Shown here in pieces: positions 12,860-25,663 of a DNA stretch of 64,000 nucleotides. Origin of the DNA: Rhizophagus irregularis. Its lineage: Eukaryota. The notes below the pieces were generated by a model. That model was not told the origin of the DNA. It ran no database searches and saw only the letters and a list, made by a program, of their open reading frames with translations. Position numbers and translations under genes: made by a program. The stretch covers positions 62,001-126,000 of the forward strand of contig NC_089429.1 in NCBI RefSeq assembly GCF_026210795.1, given 5' to 3'. Each line of letters begins with the position of its first letter. Position 1 is the stretch's first letter.

Positions 12860-13086
12860 AAACCTATACTGGCTAAGACCCTTAGAAATTAACTTTCTCC
12901 AGTTAGATGATCCCAATGATGTAGCGACCATTTCCTGTAAAATCAAAAATGTATGCATACCCTATGCTATGATCGATACAGGGTGTCAGGATCTGACTCT
13001 TCAGTAATCTCTGAGAATGTAGCTAAGCATCTAGGTCTCAAAATAGTTCGAAAGAATGTACATGCACTTAATGGTGTAGCTGCATC
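12860..13086 (+). pseudogene. Retroviral-type aspartic protease fragment (Ty3/Gypsy-like)
   Basis: VATISCKIKNVCIPYAMIDTG / SDSSVISENVAKHLGLKI; the D-T-G motif is followed by an 8-bp frameshifting insertion. Confidence 0.65.
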
Positions 13087-14718
13087 TAAGGATGGGTCCG
13101 CAAATGATTTTCAAATTCTGCAATATTGCGGATTTGGAGTTGAATTGCGGTTAGTAGCTCGCAATTCTGCAATTTTAATTGCTGCCTATAACTGTTAGTT
13201 TCGTACATTTATAAAAATGCCAGAACTATGGGTTCTGGCATTTTCTTTTGATTTTTTTTATATAAAAATGCCGGAACTATAAGTTCCAGTATTTTCTTTT
13301 GATTTTTTTTACATAAAAATGCCAGTACTATAGTTCCGGCATTTTCTTTTGATTTTTTTTACATAAAAATGCCAGAACTATGGTTTCAGCGTTTTCTTTT
13401 GATTTTTTTTACATAAAATGCCAGTACTATGATTCTGGCATTTTCTTTTGATTTTTTTCACATAAAAATGCCGGAACTATAATTCTGGCATTTTCTTTGA
13501 TTTTTTTCGCATAAAAACACGGTCTTATGGTTCCAGCATTTTCTTTTGATTTTTTCGCATAAAAACACTGGTACTATGGTTCTAGCGTTTTCTTTTGATT
13601 TTTTTTACATAAAAATGCCAGAACTATGATTCCGGTGTTTTCTTTTAATTTTTTTTACATAAAAACGCCAGAATTATAGTTCTGGCGTTTTCTTTTGATT
13701 TTTTTTACATAAAAATGCCAGTACTATGGTTCCAGTATTTTCTTTTGATTTTTTTCACATAAAAACGCCGGAACTATAGTTCCGGCGTTTTCTTTTGATT
13801 TTTTTTACATAAAAATGCCAGTACTATAGTTCAGGCATTTTCTTTTGATTTTTTTTTACATAAAAATGCCAAAACTATGATTTCAGCATTTTTTTGATTT
13901 TTTTTATGTAAAAACACTGAGACTATAGGTTCCAGCATTTTTTTAAATTATTTTTTATATAAAAATGCCGGGACAATAGGTTCTGGCATTTTTTTTAAAT
14001 TTTTTTTATATAAAAACGCCGAACTACCATAGTAAATCGACATTTTTATAAATTTTTTATATAAAAACACTGGAACTATAGGTTCTGGCATTTTTTTTAT
14101 TTTTTTTTATTAAAAATGCCAGAACTATTAGTTCTAGCGTTTCAATTTTTATTTTTTTTTATATAAAAATGCCGGAACTATTTAATTTTAGCGTTTTTTT
14201 TTAATTTTTATAAAAACGCCAGAACTATTATTTCCAGCATTTTTTTTTATTTTTTTTTATTAAAATTGCCGGAACTATTAGTTCCGGCATTTTTTTTTGC
14301 AGTTATAATAAGAGAAAATGCCATTTCTGTCAGTTTTTCTAAATTACTGATCCATTTTTTTCTAAAAAAATAAAATCATTTTTTTTAAAATTTTGTTAAT
14401 GAAAAATGATTTTTTTTTGATTAATAATAAGAGGAAATATATTTTTTAGTAGTTAAATTAAAAAATTATATTTCATTAAAAAAAAAATTAGTTTTTTTTG
14501 CGGACATTTCGCAAATCTGCAACTATTCTACAATCCCGCAAATATTCTGCAATTAAATTGCGGTACTTTGGATATTTGCAAATTTGTGGAATATTTGCAG
14601 GATTGCGGATAATTGCGGATTTGCAGATCTGCAGATTTTAGATTTAAAAATCTGCAATGTTCCGCAATACCATAAATCACAATTATTCCGCAATTACATA
14701 TTTGCAGCACCATCCTTA
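13087..14718. mobile_element. hAT-like non-autonomous element carrying an internal minisatellite
   Basis: TIRs TAAGGATGGGTCCGCAAAT and ATTTGCAGCACCATCCTTA; TTGCGG/CCGCAA subterminal motifs at both ends; no matching TSD. Confidence 0.6.
13211..14298. repeat. Minisatellite of ~50-bp palindromic units, about 21 copies
   Basis: Unit ATAAAAATGCCAGAACTATGGTTCTGGCATTTTCTTTTGATTTTTTTTAC; each unit contains the hairpin AAAATGCCAGAAC-tat-GTTCTGGCATTTT. Confidence 0.9.
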
Positions 14719-15082
14719 ATTATGATACCATTTTTTATATAATATTTTTATTATACTTTTATAAACATTTATAGCTACTAAGACTATATAAATTTTTATT
14801 TTCTTTATATTTTATTAAAATATACTTACTTTTTAATAATATATGTTAAAAATTCAATATATATGAGAAATGGGTTTTTTATTAGTGAAATGGGTTTTTT
14901 CACACCTCTTTTACATTTAATAATTTAAGTTTCACAAATGTAAATTTTTGTTCAACTTATTATTTAGTCAAGTGATCATCAATCAGATGATTTTTTGGTA
15001 TTACAAAACAATTTTGAGTAACGAAAATTATGAAAATTAATTCAATAATTCTTTTTAATTCAGAGTAGACAAATCAGCCTAT

Positions 15083-17110
15083 ATGTTTCAAATTTGTGGT
15101 TTCTCATATAGAATAATGATGAGAATGCGTTGATTGCTTCTGCTTGGACTTCCTCTTTAGTGTTTAAGAGGATTTCTTCCTGTGTATCTATGACTATGCG
15201 AATTCTATTTAAGTCGATTTTTGAGTATGTTTTATCTAATATATTATTAATCATTCTCCGTTGATCTGTAGTAATCATACTATTCCTTTATTTTCTCTAT
15301 TCTTTTTTTTATTGTTTTTTCTTTACACTTTTTATCTTTCATTTTGATTACTCTTCTAACTATCTTCAGCCAATTTCTAGTCTCATTTTTCCATATGTGC
15401 CAGTCAGTATCTTCTGTTAACTCAGATATGTTTGTTCTGTAATGACCATTGAATGTTTTGATTCCTTTCAATGCCTTGAGCAATTCTGCACCTTTCAGCT
15501 CATTCTTATATAATTTTCTCATTATACTTCTTATGTAGAGGAGGTCCTTACGTTCTTTCAAGAAGTCTTCAATTTCTTTATAGTTTCTATTTAGGTTTGT
15601 TTTGATGCCTCCTACCTTTCTGTGTGAGATGTATTTAAGTAATACCTGTTGTATACACTTACATATAATATCCTATAATTTGTTTAAGGTATCTTCACTT
15701 CTTCTGTGGGTTTCTATATATTTGAAGGCATTATGTTTTTTCAATAGACTTGTGAGATATATTTCATATTCGTTCTATTGTTCATTTGTAGTGTTTTTAT
15801 AGGACCGGGAAAACTACTAATAAAGGTCACCGGTTTTCTTGGTTCGAACCCATATTTAATTTTCAAAAAGGTCACCGTAAAAATAATTAATAAAAGTCAC
15901 GTGTTGGTTCGCAAGAATAAGAAAATTTGAGTGAAGATCTTTCCTTTTTCTGTTTTTGGAGCGAAAACATGTGAATAAATAGCCAATTGACCAATCATAA
16001 GATGGTTCGCATATATATGATTTTCTGATTTTTTTTCCGGTGACCTTTATATATAGTTTTCCCGGTCCTGTTTTTATAGTCATATACAACGCATTTTGTA
16101 TTTTTTTCCGCTCTTCTACTTCCTTTGTTATTGGAGACCATTTATCTGTGAAAGATATTTTCATGAATGTGATATTGTGGTTACTATCTGTAATGTCAAT
16201 TGATTGGTATATACGACTCTTCATTATTCTGAATTCAAGTTTAAGATCCGCCTAGATGTAATCAATTTTTGATGATGTAATTTTATTTGTCCACGTAAAC
16301 TCGTAAAGCTTATCTTTTTGGGATTTAATTTTCTGAATGTATCCACAAAGAAGGCATTATCTAACCATGTGATAATGTTAGAGGGTTTTTTTCCAAGCTT
16401 AGATGGGCTACTGTAATCTAACGATTTATCAATATATGTATTCAAATCACCTATTAAAATATAATGTTTATTTTTTGCTATGATTAATGAATTCGCCTTT
16501 GATATGATTGGTTAGTTCACTTTGTTTTTCCATGTCAGATGGTGGCATGTATACTACTCCTATTATAAGTGTGCAATTCTTAAGGAATAGTTAGACTTCT
16601 ATATAATACGTGCCAATTCTATTAATTTTTCTTATATGGTTTTCCCATTTTTTGTTAATCACAATATACACTCCAGATCCTTTTATTTTGTTGTCTTTAT
16701 TAGTTCAGAATGAGGTGTATTCTGCGTTCTGTTTATTCCAGAATTTGCTATACTTTCTGTCTCTTTTAGTTTCAACTATTCCTACGATGTCAGCTCTTTT
16801 ATTCGTGCAGTAATCCATTAAAATATTAAGCTTGAAGTCGCCAGTCCAAGTCCATTAATATTATGTCCCATAAATACTAAATTAAACGCGTTAATTTTAC
16901 TAATATTGTTATTAGGGCTATGTTCGTTTTGTTCTTTTTGTAAAGGTCTAATGTTCGTGTCTTATTTATATATTACGTTATTGTTTTGAATGTTCTTGAA
17001 GGAAGTGTTGGAGGGTTTTCCCTTCTTTTTTTTCTTTGTTTTTAGTGTAACTCTAATGTTATTGTTTGTCATCATTTTGGGCTAGTAAGTTATTTTTTAT
17101 ATTCTATTAT
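15083..17110 (-). mobile_element. Decayed LINE ORF2 5' fragment (APE endonuclease and linker), a family distinct from the array LINEs
   Basis: Minus-strand fragments HNINGL, DIVGIVETK, GSGVYIVINKKW, GDLNTYID..FVDTFRKLNP and DSNH; many stops. Confidence 0.7.
15802..16068. mobile_element. MULE-like MITE with 10-bp TSD
   Basis: TIRs GGACCGGGAAAACTA..TAAAGGTCACCGG and CCGGTGACCTTTA..TAGTTTTCCCGGTCC; TGTTTTTATA at 15792-15801 and 16069-16078. Confidence 0.85.
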
Positions 17111-17245
17111 TATTTTTGTTTTCTGTTTAGACCAGCTAAGGGAAAGAATTTTCAATTCCATATAAACTTTTTTTTATTTTTTAGCTAAAAAAATTATTAC
17201 TATTAAATATTAAATATTATATATAATAATTAGTATTATAAAATT

Positions 17246-18502
17246 GACATGAAACTCCAATTGATTGGAATATAATTTGGAACTTAATTCATAGATATAA
17301 AGAGTTTAATTGTATTTCAGTTAAAAAACATTGGCACTTAATATTTTATTGTTAAACTATTTGCTAAACTTCTTCCTATAGGTACTATTCTTCTACAGCG
17401 AAAACTAAATCTATACAAAGAGTTTGTCTGTCCAAGGTGTAATACTAATAAAGAAGAAAACAGACATCATTTCATTGAATGTGAGGCCAATAAGAAACTT
17501 ATGGTCTATAATCATGCAAAATGATATGATTTCCATAATTCAAAAATGAAGTAATATAACAGAGGATACATCTAAGATTATAAACAAGAAATTAAACCAG
17601 ATACTAGGAACACAACATGATGATAAAAAATTTTTTGATTTTTGCTCACTGGCCTTGGAAGCTAAGATTGACACTAATTTTTCCAAAATATCAAAACAAA
17701 TATTTGGATTCTTAGAATCAAAAAAATTTTATTTTTGGCTTCACTTTTGGATTCCTTCATCATGCACTTTAAGGAACTAATTTGGTTGTCTAGATGTAAT
17801 GCTACTAATGCATGGAAAAAGACTAAAAATATTGGAAAAAAAGACAAATTAAATGAATCTGAAAATATGGATCGTTATTTTAAATCCTCTCATCAACAGA
17901 TCAAGCAATTAAAACAGAATAAACAACAATCAAAGAAGAATAATATAACAAATTCATAGAAAGATCAAATGGTAGAGTTTGGTGATACATCATTGGAATT
18001 GAATTCAGTACAGCTTGAAAACTTAAAAAATGAAAATCTCATATTATCAAAATGCTATAGAATGGAAAAAAAAACAAAAGATCAAATGTGTTTATTAATT
18101 AATAATAACTGATGGTTTAGTTGGGCTTATAAAAAGACAAAAAATGTTATTAACAATGTTATAATTGATTTAGCAACAGTATAATTAAACTTAAATTGGA
18201 GTTATACATAAATTTACCAAATTTGAAAGGAAAAAGGGAGGGAAAAAAAAAAAAAAATATAATAATAATAATATTTATAATAATAACAACAATTTCTATA
18301 ATATAATCAATAGACATAATATTAATTATTTTTATAATCAATAGATACAACACTAATTATTTTTTATTCTATATTTATTCTTATCCATATTTTAATGATT
18401 GCATCCTACTGGGTGGATATAGCTTATGATAATTTGTTTGTATGGTATATAAACTACATATCAATAAAGCATATATAAATCATTAAAAAAAAAAAAAAAA
18501 AA
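17246..18502 (+). mobile_element. 5'-truncated conventional poly(A) LINE (3' end of ORF2 plus 3' UTR)
   Basis: IDWNIIW, LLPIG..LQRK..LY..VCPRCNTNKEE..HF.EC zinc motif; ~20-nt A tail at 18485-18504; direct repeat AATTAGTATTATAAAATT at 17228-17245 and 18503-18520. Confidence 0.8.
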
Positions 18503-19986
18503 AATTAGTATTATAAAATTATTTTGGCTTTTAGTTATTCAATTTGAACAAACTTTTTTTTGTTTTGTAAAGCTAGATTTGTAGAACTAAATGAGTACTA
18601 TAAAATAAAAAAATTAGACTACTAGAAGTCAAGATAATTGCATTATAATAATTATATAAAAATAATTAAATTACTTATCATATTTATATTTAAATATATA
18701 AATATTACATGATATATATAGATCTGATCTGAAGATTGACTCCCCCCACCTTCTTTCAAATTAATTTCTGGTATGCCCCTAACTTTATTAATAAGTGCAG
18801 TTTTTTTATTATTATTAAGAACAGATGGCTATCCTAAACATTATAAATTTTCAGTTTTCCCAGTCTTTTTAATTTATTAATAAATTTACATATTGTAATA
18901 GGATCATGTCCCATTTTTCTTGTTATTTATACAGGATTAAAATTTTTCATATATGCTAGTATTTTTTCTTTCTCTTGAGAGGATAACCCAATATAATGTG
19001 ATATTATTTTTTAACTGCAAAATGAATTTGGTAAGTTGTAAAATTATGGAAAATAATAAAAAAAATAATAAAATAGGTGTATCATTACACAATATAAAAT
19101 TAGGCAATACTTTCTAACATGACTATACTTATTTTTATTTTTTAATACTATAGAATCTAAAATTAATTTACAACAGAAAAGTTTTCTTGCAGAACTTAAT
19201 CTTTTACATAAAAAAATAAGTAATATAGATAAGTAAAAATATTTTAAGTATAGGTAAAATAGATTATTAGGATGTAAGAAATTATAGATAGCAATATTAT
19301 AATAGAAATAAATTAGTTTATAGAAATTATTTAGAGAGTGAAGAAATAACTTGTTGGAACTCATATTAAGTGACCTAGGATTCATGTACTCCCTCTTTCT
19401 TTGATAATATCATATATATTTATTTTTCTAAAATTTAAAAAAAATCATAAGTTCCTACATTGTAATACTATAACAAAATAAATCATATTGTGTATTGGAT
19501 AATATAAGATATTTCATGATAACTAATTTTTTGTTAACCAATATTAATAATAGGAACTCCATGTTTCAGATGCATTTTCATAAATCAATAAAATTTAAAT
19601 TTGATAAGAATTTATTTGTATTTAAGAGATTTTAGATACATTTACTTGATAAAAATATAAAAGTTAAATTTGAATCATATACTTTTTTCTTCACATTTAC
19701 AAATTTTACTATCACTGGTCAAAAACCAGGCAAACGTGGCATAGTAGCCTTTATCTTTATTAAATTTATTTGGACTTTACAATTTACAAAAAAAAATAAA
19801 AAGAAAATATAAAAATAAAACTAACTAAAAACAAAGCTATATAGTCTCCTAAGAAAAAATAAAGTAAAAAATTAATCTAAAAAAAGAAAAATCGCAATAC
19901 ACTAAATTTCCCCAGATCTTCCCCCTTGATATATTACAACCAAAGTAGAAGCAACTATGCTAACAAAATAACGAATAGCGCGCCCA

Positions 19987-22900
19987 CTATAAAAATCGAC
20001 ACTCCATCCTGCAAAAGCTGTTATTAAGTAGCACCGTTAGACGACCCATAAAACCCGAAAAATGATTAAACCAAGGTAAACCGTATTTCATCGAGTTCTT
20101 CAACCAATCGGTTCCGGAGTCACGTAAATCGTGTAGGGTCGGAGGTGGTAAAGATGAGTAAGGTATATACGATGACAATGGCAAATTAGAAGGCTTCGGA
20201 GTAGTTTTCAACTTATAAGTAATATTCATCGCGTTTTCCCATCTACTTTTCTCATAAGAACGCGGATTCCAAATTCGTTTTCTGAATTTTTGAACAAAAT
20301 TATTATGAATAGCAGCGATAACCTTAATCGCAGAGATTCTTGGAATAGACAAATCGACTAAGATGTCAATAAAAAGTGTAGGTAAACAACCACGGACGAG
20401 GGCGTAAGAGGACCAATTTGTAGAAGAAAAGGACCAGCATGAAAGCAGGTGAGTTTAGCAATAAAGGGAGTAGGATCAATATCAGCCAATTTTCCAGCTT
20501 CTTGAATTTTAGAAATCAAATGGTTTTGATAAGATTGGAGAATTTGTTGCATAGGTAGACGACGTTTTTTGCACATAAAAAGGTGCATCAGGTCTTCCAT
20601 GCGATCGATACAAGAACGGCAAGTTAATTCGTCCATGTATAAGTCTGGTCGAGTCCGCTTAAGCTTTTCCAATGTAGGTAAGTCGTCCAAGAAAAGTTTG
20701 AATTTAAAGGTTAAGTGTCTTGAAGCATGCTCAAGAGTAAAAGATGCATCATGAGAAGGCATGAAATTCAAGGTAAACCAAGTAAGTTCCCAGTCGACAA
20801 TATATTCTATATTAAATAATAATAAAGAAATAAAGTGAAATCGCGTTAAATTTAACAAATCACGCATTAACTGCGTTTGATAATACTGTTTAAGAAGGTG
20901 TCGTGGATTAGATTCACAAACGGCGTCATTGTCGTAAGTCAAGACGAAATCATGGGCAGAAGCAAGGTCCATTCCAGAAATCAAAATACTGGATGATGCG
21001 GTATGGGCAGTATTGGCCAGGGAGTCAGCAAAATCGTTCAAATAATTGCCAGAATGAGCTTTAACTTTAACAGGAAGAACTGTCAAATTCTTGGTAAGGA
21101 TAGTTCGTTCAATAATGGCCCAAAGCTCAAAATTTGTTGTTTTGTAGTAAAGACGGCTATTTGAGTAGACATAGGAAGAGCAACTTCGAAGGCCATCAAT
21201 GGCAGTTTGCGAGTCAGTATAAATAGTAACTTCTGAGTCGCGAGGAGAAATGGTTAAAACTGCGTAAATAGCGGCAGCTTCAGCACGAGAAGAAGAAGGA
21301 TTATCTCGAATGATGCCATGTGCATAAGTGGCAATGGAATTAGGAAAACCAGCATCAGGTACGATTTGTATCCAAGACCAGCCCATAGAAACATTAGGAG
21401 TGCCTAGATTAATAAGAGACCCATCAGTGAAAAAGATATAACGTGAGTCTGAAGACACAACCAACGGCGAATTTGCAAAAACAGCAGCAGCTGAGGATTC
21501 AATAGTGATAAGAGGAGCGGAAACTTCAACAATATCATCAGGAGGAGAGTCAAAATCAAAATCCAATCGACTGTAATAAAGACGGACACCATCTTCGATA
21601 TCAGCCCAGGTAAAAGGAGAGGATACTGCAGAAGTATGACGTCTAATGCGCTCATTGATGGTGGGCAGAATAAGCGAATGTTGTAGAGAAACCGTAGGCG
21701 TACAAAGGGTTAAATCAGCATTCCGTTTTTTGGAAGGAGGCAAAGGAGTATGAGCAGCACAACCAGGGCAAGGAGAGAGTCTAATGAGGTCACCAGGCGA
21801 AGATTCACAATCAGGAGAGACCCAGTGAACAATAGAACAAGTACCACGACTTGCTTGAACTAAAAGTTGTTTGCCAAAGATGGGAGAACCGTAGTCGTCT
21901 AACGTGACAATCCAATTTTTTGTAGTGGTAGGAGAGGACAGGCAAGGAGTCAATTCATAAAATGAAGAGTCAATCGTAGGCGTAGTAATGAACTGGCTCA
22001 GCAAACGATTGTTGGTGTCAGGAATGGTAGTAGCTTGCTGGATATCTTTATACCAATAAGGGATACAGCCAGGGCCACGTCGTCCAACCAAATTGTCATA
22101 GTAGGCTTTCCAAGAAATTAAATGAGTCCCTTGAGGAGTAACAAGCTGAGATAAATAAAATAAATGCCGTTTTCGCAAAATAGGGAAATAGGCTTTAAAC
22201 GCTTTAGGTGTCATGCATTCAAATAAGGGAACGCGTCCATCCATCAAAGTCAGGTTCGGAAGCTTCGAAAGTTGAGTATGAAGCAAACGAAAAGGAGTAG
22301 AGGATAAGAGAGCAATAGTGCATGCGATATAATCTTTCTTAAAAGAAAAAAGAGAAGACCATATAGACCAATCCTTAATTAAAAGGGGAGAAATAGGAAT
22401 TAAAAAATTATATTGAATCAAACTCAATCTATAAATAAAAAGAGATTGAATAAAAGAAAAGGAAGAATTAGCCATTAAAAATAAATTAGTAATATGACAT
22501 TGTCGTTGATGAGCAAATAAATTTATCAAGCCCAAGGCTTGAGATAAAAATAAAATGGGATTTGGTAAAGAGCGAGAAAAATTTGCTTTGTGCTTTACAA
22601 CAGATCGTATACTTCTCGTTATTAGGTGGCAGTCAGATTCAGACAAGTGAGTAACTTGCATCCGGTATTCAAGTTTCGGTATAAGGACAGCATTATGTAA
22701 ATAAACAACTTGTTTGGATGAGAGCTTTGCAGGGCGGATGGTTGCAGCGAAAGAGCAGCATTCACGTTTGAGTTGTTTCTTGACAAAATCCCGGGAGCTT
22801 TTAATGTTAAACCAAACACCTAAAAAACGAAAAGAAGTTGTCATAGAAATTGGGGTAATGGTAATGGAAGGAACACTATTTAATGAGGATAAATCTAAAT

Positions 22901-25613
22901 TAAAAGTAATAGGAGATAAAGTGGAATTCGAAGTCAAAGGCAACGAATTAGTAATTAACACATATTTGTTGTGATTGGCAGAAGTGTTATTAATTTGATA
23001 AAATTCTTCTGTAATGGATAACATAAATTCCATGCCAGTCCTCGACGAGGAAATAAGAGTAGAGTCATCCATAAATACTAAATTATTAATCTTCAAATCG
23101 GAAGAAGGATTGGGAGAATCAATTAAGGATGGTGTAGAAAGAACATAAGGGTCCATCATTTCATGCTTCAAGACAGTAAGTAAGGGATCAATATAAATAA
23201 CCCATAAGAGAGGAGAAATAACTTCGCCTTGGTCAATACCAATGCGAACCCTATAAGCAGGCGTGGATCCATGAGCAGTGAAAACGCTATTAATGCGTTT
23301 TGTGAAAAGGGAAAGAATAAACTTAATAGCAGAAGCTGGAAGACGTATTCGTTCTAAAGCGAAACGTAACATTGTCAAATCAACCGAATCAAAAGCTTTA
23401 GAAATGTCTTGAGAGAGAATCCAAAGTGGGTTTTTGTTGACATCAGCATCATGGATAATAGATTCTAGAGTAATAATAGGGTCGCGGCAAGAACCACCAG
23501 GAAGACCAGCGAAGTTACCACCTTTAAGAACATCATGTGTAGCCATAATAGTAGAAAGGCGATTATAAAAGAGTTTGACAAGAGATTTTCTAATCACTTC
23601 AAGTAAAGTAATAGGACGAGTATTTTTCAATTGACATTTCCATTCGTGAGGTTTGGGAATGGGAAAAACCATTGCCTGTCGCCATAAGTCAGGAATATCA
23701 GCTTTGGAAAGGCATGCTTGAATCAAAATGAGGAGTAAAGCCGAGGTACGAGATCCGAGATGTTTGAGCATTTCATAAGTGATCATGGAAGGACCTGAGG
23801 CTTTACCGTTAGGAGTAGAAGAAACAGTGGTTAACCATTCGTCAAGGGTAGGGGGATTCATCAAAGAATCATAGATGGAGGAGGGCACATCATCCATAGG
23901 TTGGTAAACAGAAGACCATCTATCAGGTAATGTATCTACAGATACAGGAGGAGTGGATTTTATAGGTACAAAGTTTTGGAAATGGTTAACAACAGCATCG
24001 TCTATATCCTTGGGAGCAGTTAATAACTGAGGGTGAGTGGGATGATCAACAAAGACACGATCCAAAGTGATACGGCGGCGGGTGCGAGAAAGCGCTGAAT
24101 CAATGAAAGAGGAAAGGTCAGTTTCAAAATTATTGTTCCTATCGTCCAAATGAGCACGAATGGAGGAGTCTTGGAATTCTTTTTCTTGAAGTAAATGAAA
24201 TCCCCGTAAGGATTTTGAAATATTGGATAAATCATCAAGAAGTGACTTAAAATCATCTTGTCGACATGATGAAAGAGAAGAGGGCAAAGTAAGAACGAAA
24301 GTAAATACTTTCTTATATAATTGCAAAATGTTTTGAAGTCTGATTAAATGAATAGACCACTTATGTTCATGAGCGGCAGAATAAGTTGAAGGATATTTGC
24401 GCAATAAACGTATTGAATGCATAAGGCGATTTAAAAACCGATAATGTTGGGTTAAAATTTCCAGATCTTTAGGAACCTTAGGAGTATAATTATTGCCAAC
24501 AGTGGAAGAAGGTAGTGTAGCGTTGGCAGCTTTAAGAATTCGTGATTGGAGATATTCGCACATTTGATTGATATGCCAAGAGGAAAAGGTTGAAGGTGAG
24601 ACGTCACATAAAGCATCAGCTTTATCAGCAAATTCCGTCCATTGAATTTCAGTTACAGAATCAAATTTGAAGACGCGATGGGTTCGGCGCTTAAGTTGTC
24701 GAGCGCGAGCCAATTTGGTAGAGGCAAAAAGTAAAGACATATCATAGTATGTTATGACGGGGTTATGATCAGATGTGCAAACATCTTGAGCATTAAAAAT
24801 GCAAGCAGTAAGAGCAAATCCTTTGAGAAGAGGGCAGGACCATACATAATCAACTCGAGTAATGTGATCATTGCGATGAAAGGTACCTAAGGAGTCGGAA
24901 AGATTAATAGGAGTATAGTCTTCATATCCGTGAGAGAGGAGATGAAAAAATAATCGGTGAATATGTTTTGAAGCAACTTGAGGTTGATTGAAGTAAATAG
25001 GGTAATATTTGTCTAAATGCATATTGAAATCGCCACAAACAGCATGGTAAAAGCCAGCATGTTTAGTAAGGGTAAGTTGTTGAATGAGCAAATCAATAGT
25101 ATCAGTGCGCAGAACACTTTCAGCAGGGGGAGGGATATAAATAACAAATATACGCAATTTAATATTGCCTTTGAAATATAAATCAACAGAAAGTAACCGT
25201 GAAGAATGCGATTTAAAATCTTGAACATGTGAAGCAAGGGAATTTTCTATAAAAAGAGAAACACCACCAGAAGAGAGAATTTGTTTAGAAGTATCCAAAT
25301 TAGAAGAGAACACAGTATAATTAGAAATACGTTTGGATAAAAACTTCATTTGTTTAGGGTGAAGATGGGTATCCACGATACCACCAAAGGAAATATGTTT
25401 TAAGGAAAAGAAAGTAGAAATTTCTTCTAATTTGGTCTGACCGTGCATTTTGAGGCCATTGACATTAAAAGAGGAAATATTAAATGAATTGGGGATAGGA
25501 GAAGTGTTACTAGGAGAAGAAAATAATGATTCATGTGAAAAAAATTCAGTAACATTATCGGGGTTGGGAGGGTTTCGTACAAAGGTGTCATAATTAAAAT
25601 TATTGTCCGACAT
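19987..25613 (-). CDS. LINE-A ORF2: APE endonuclease - reverse transcriptase - RNase H - C-terminal zinc motif; 1751 aa open, then a frameshift near the 3' end
   Basis: Endonuclease: SFNVNG, GDFN, RVDYVW, SDHNP. RT: QDISKAFDSV, GIDQGEVISPLLW, FMDD, FRFLGV. RNase H: FTDGS, SRAEAAA, YTDSQ, VKAHSG..NDFAD. Zinc motif: CRSC..HLFMC. Confidence 0.93.
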
Positions 25614-25663
25614 TAAAACACAATGATAAAAACAGTCGGGGAGATAAGATTTGAAGAAGAAAA

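Noticed and set aside
13211..14298. CRISPR-like array of palindromic repeats
   Set aside because: No unique spacers (intervening sequence is also repeated), no cas genes, eukaryotic context.
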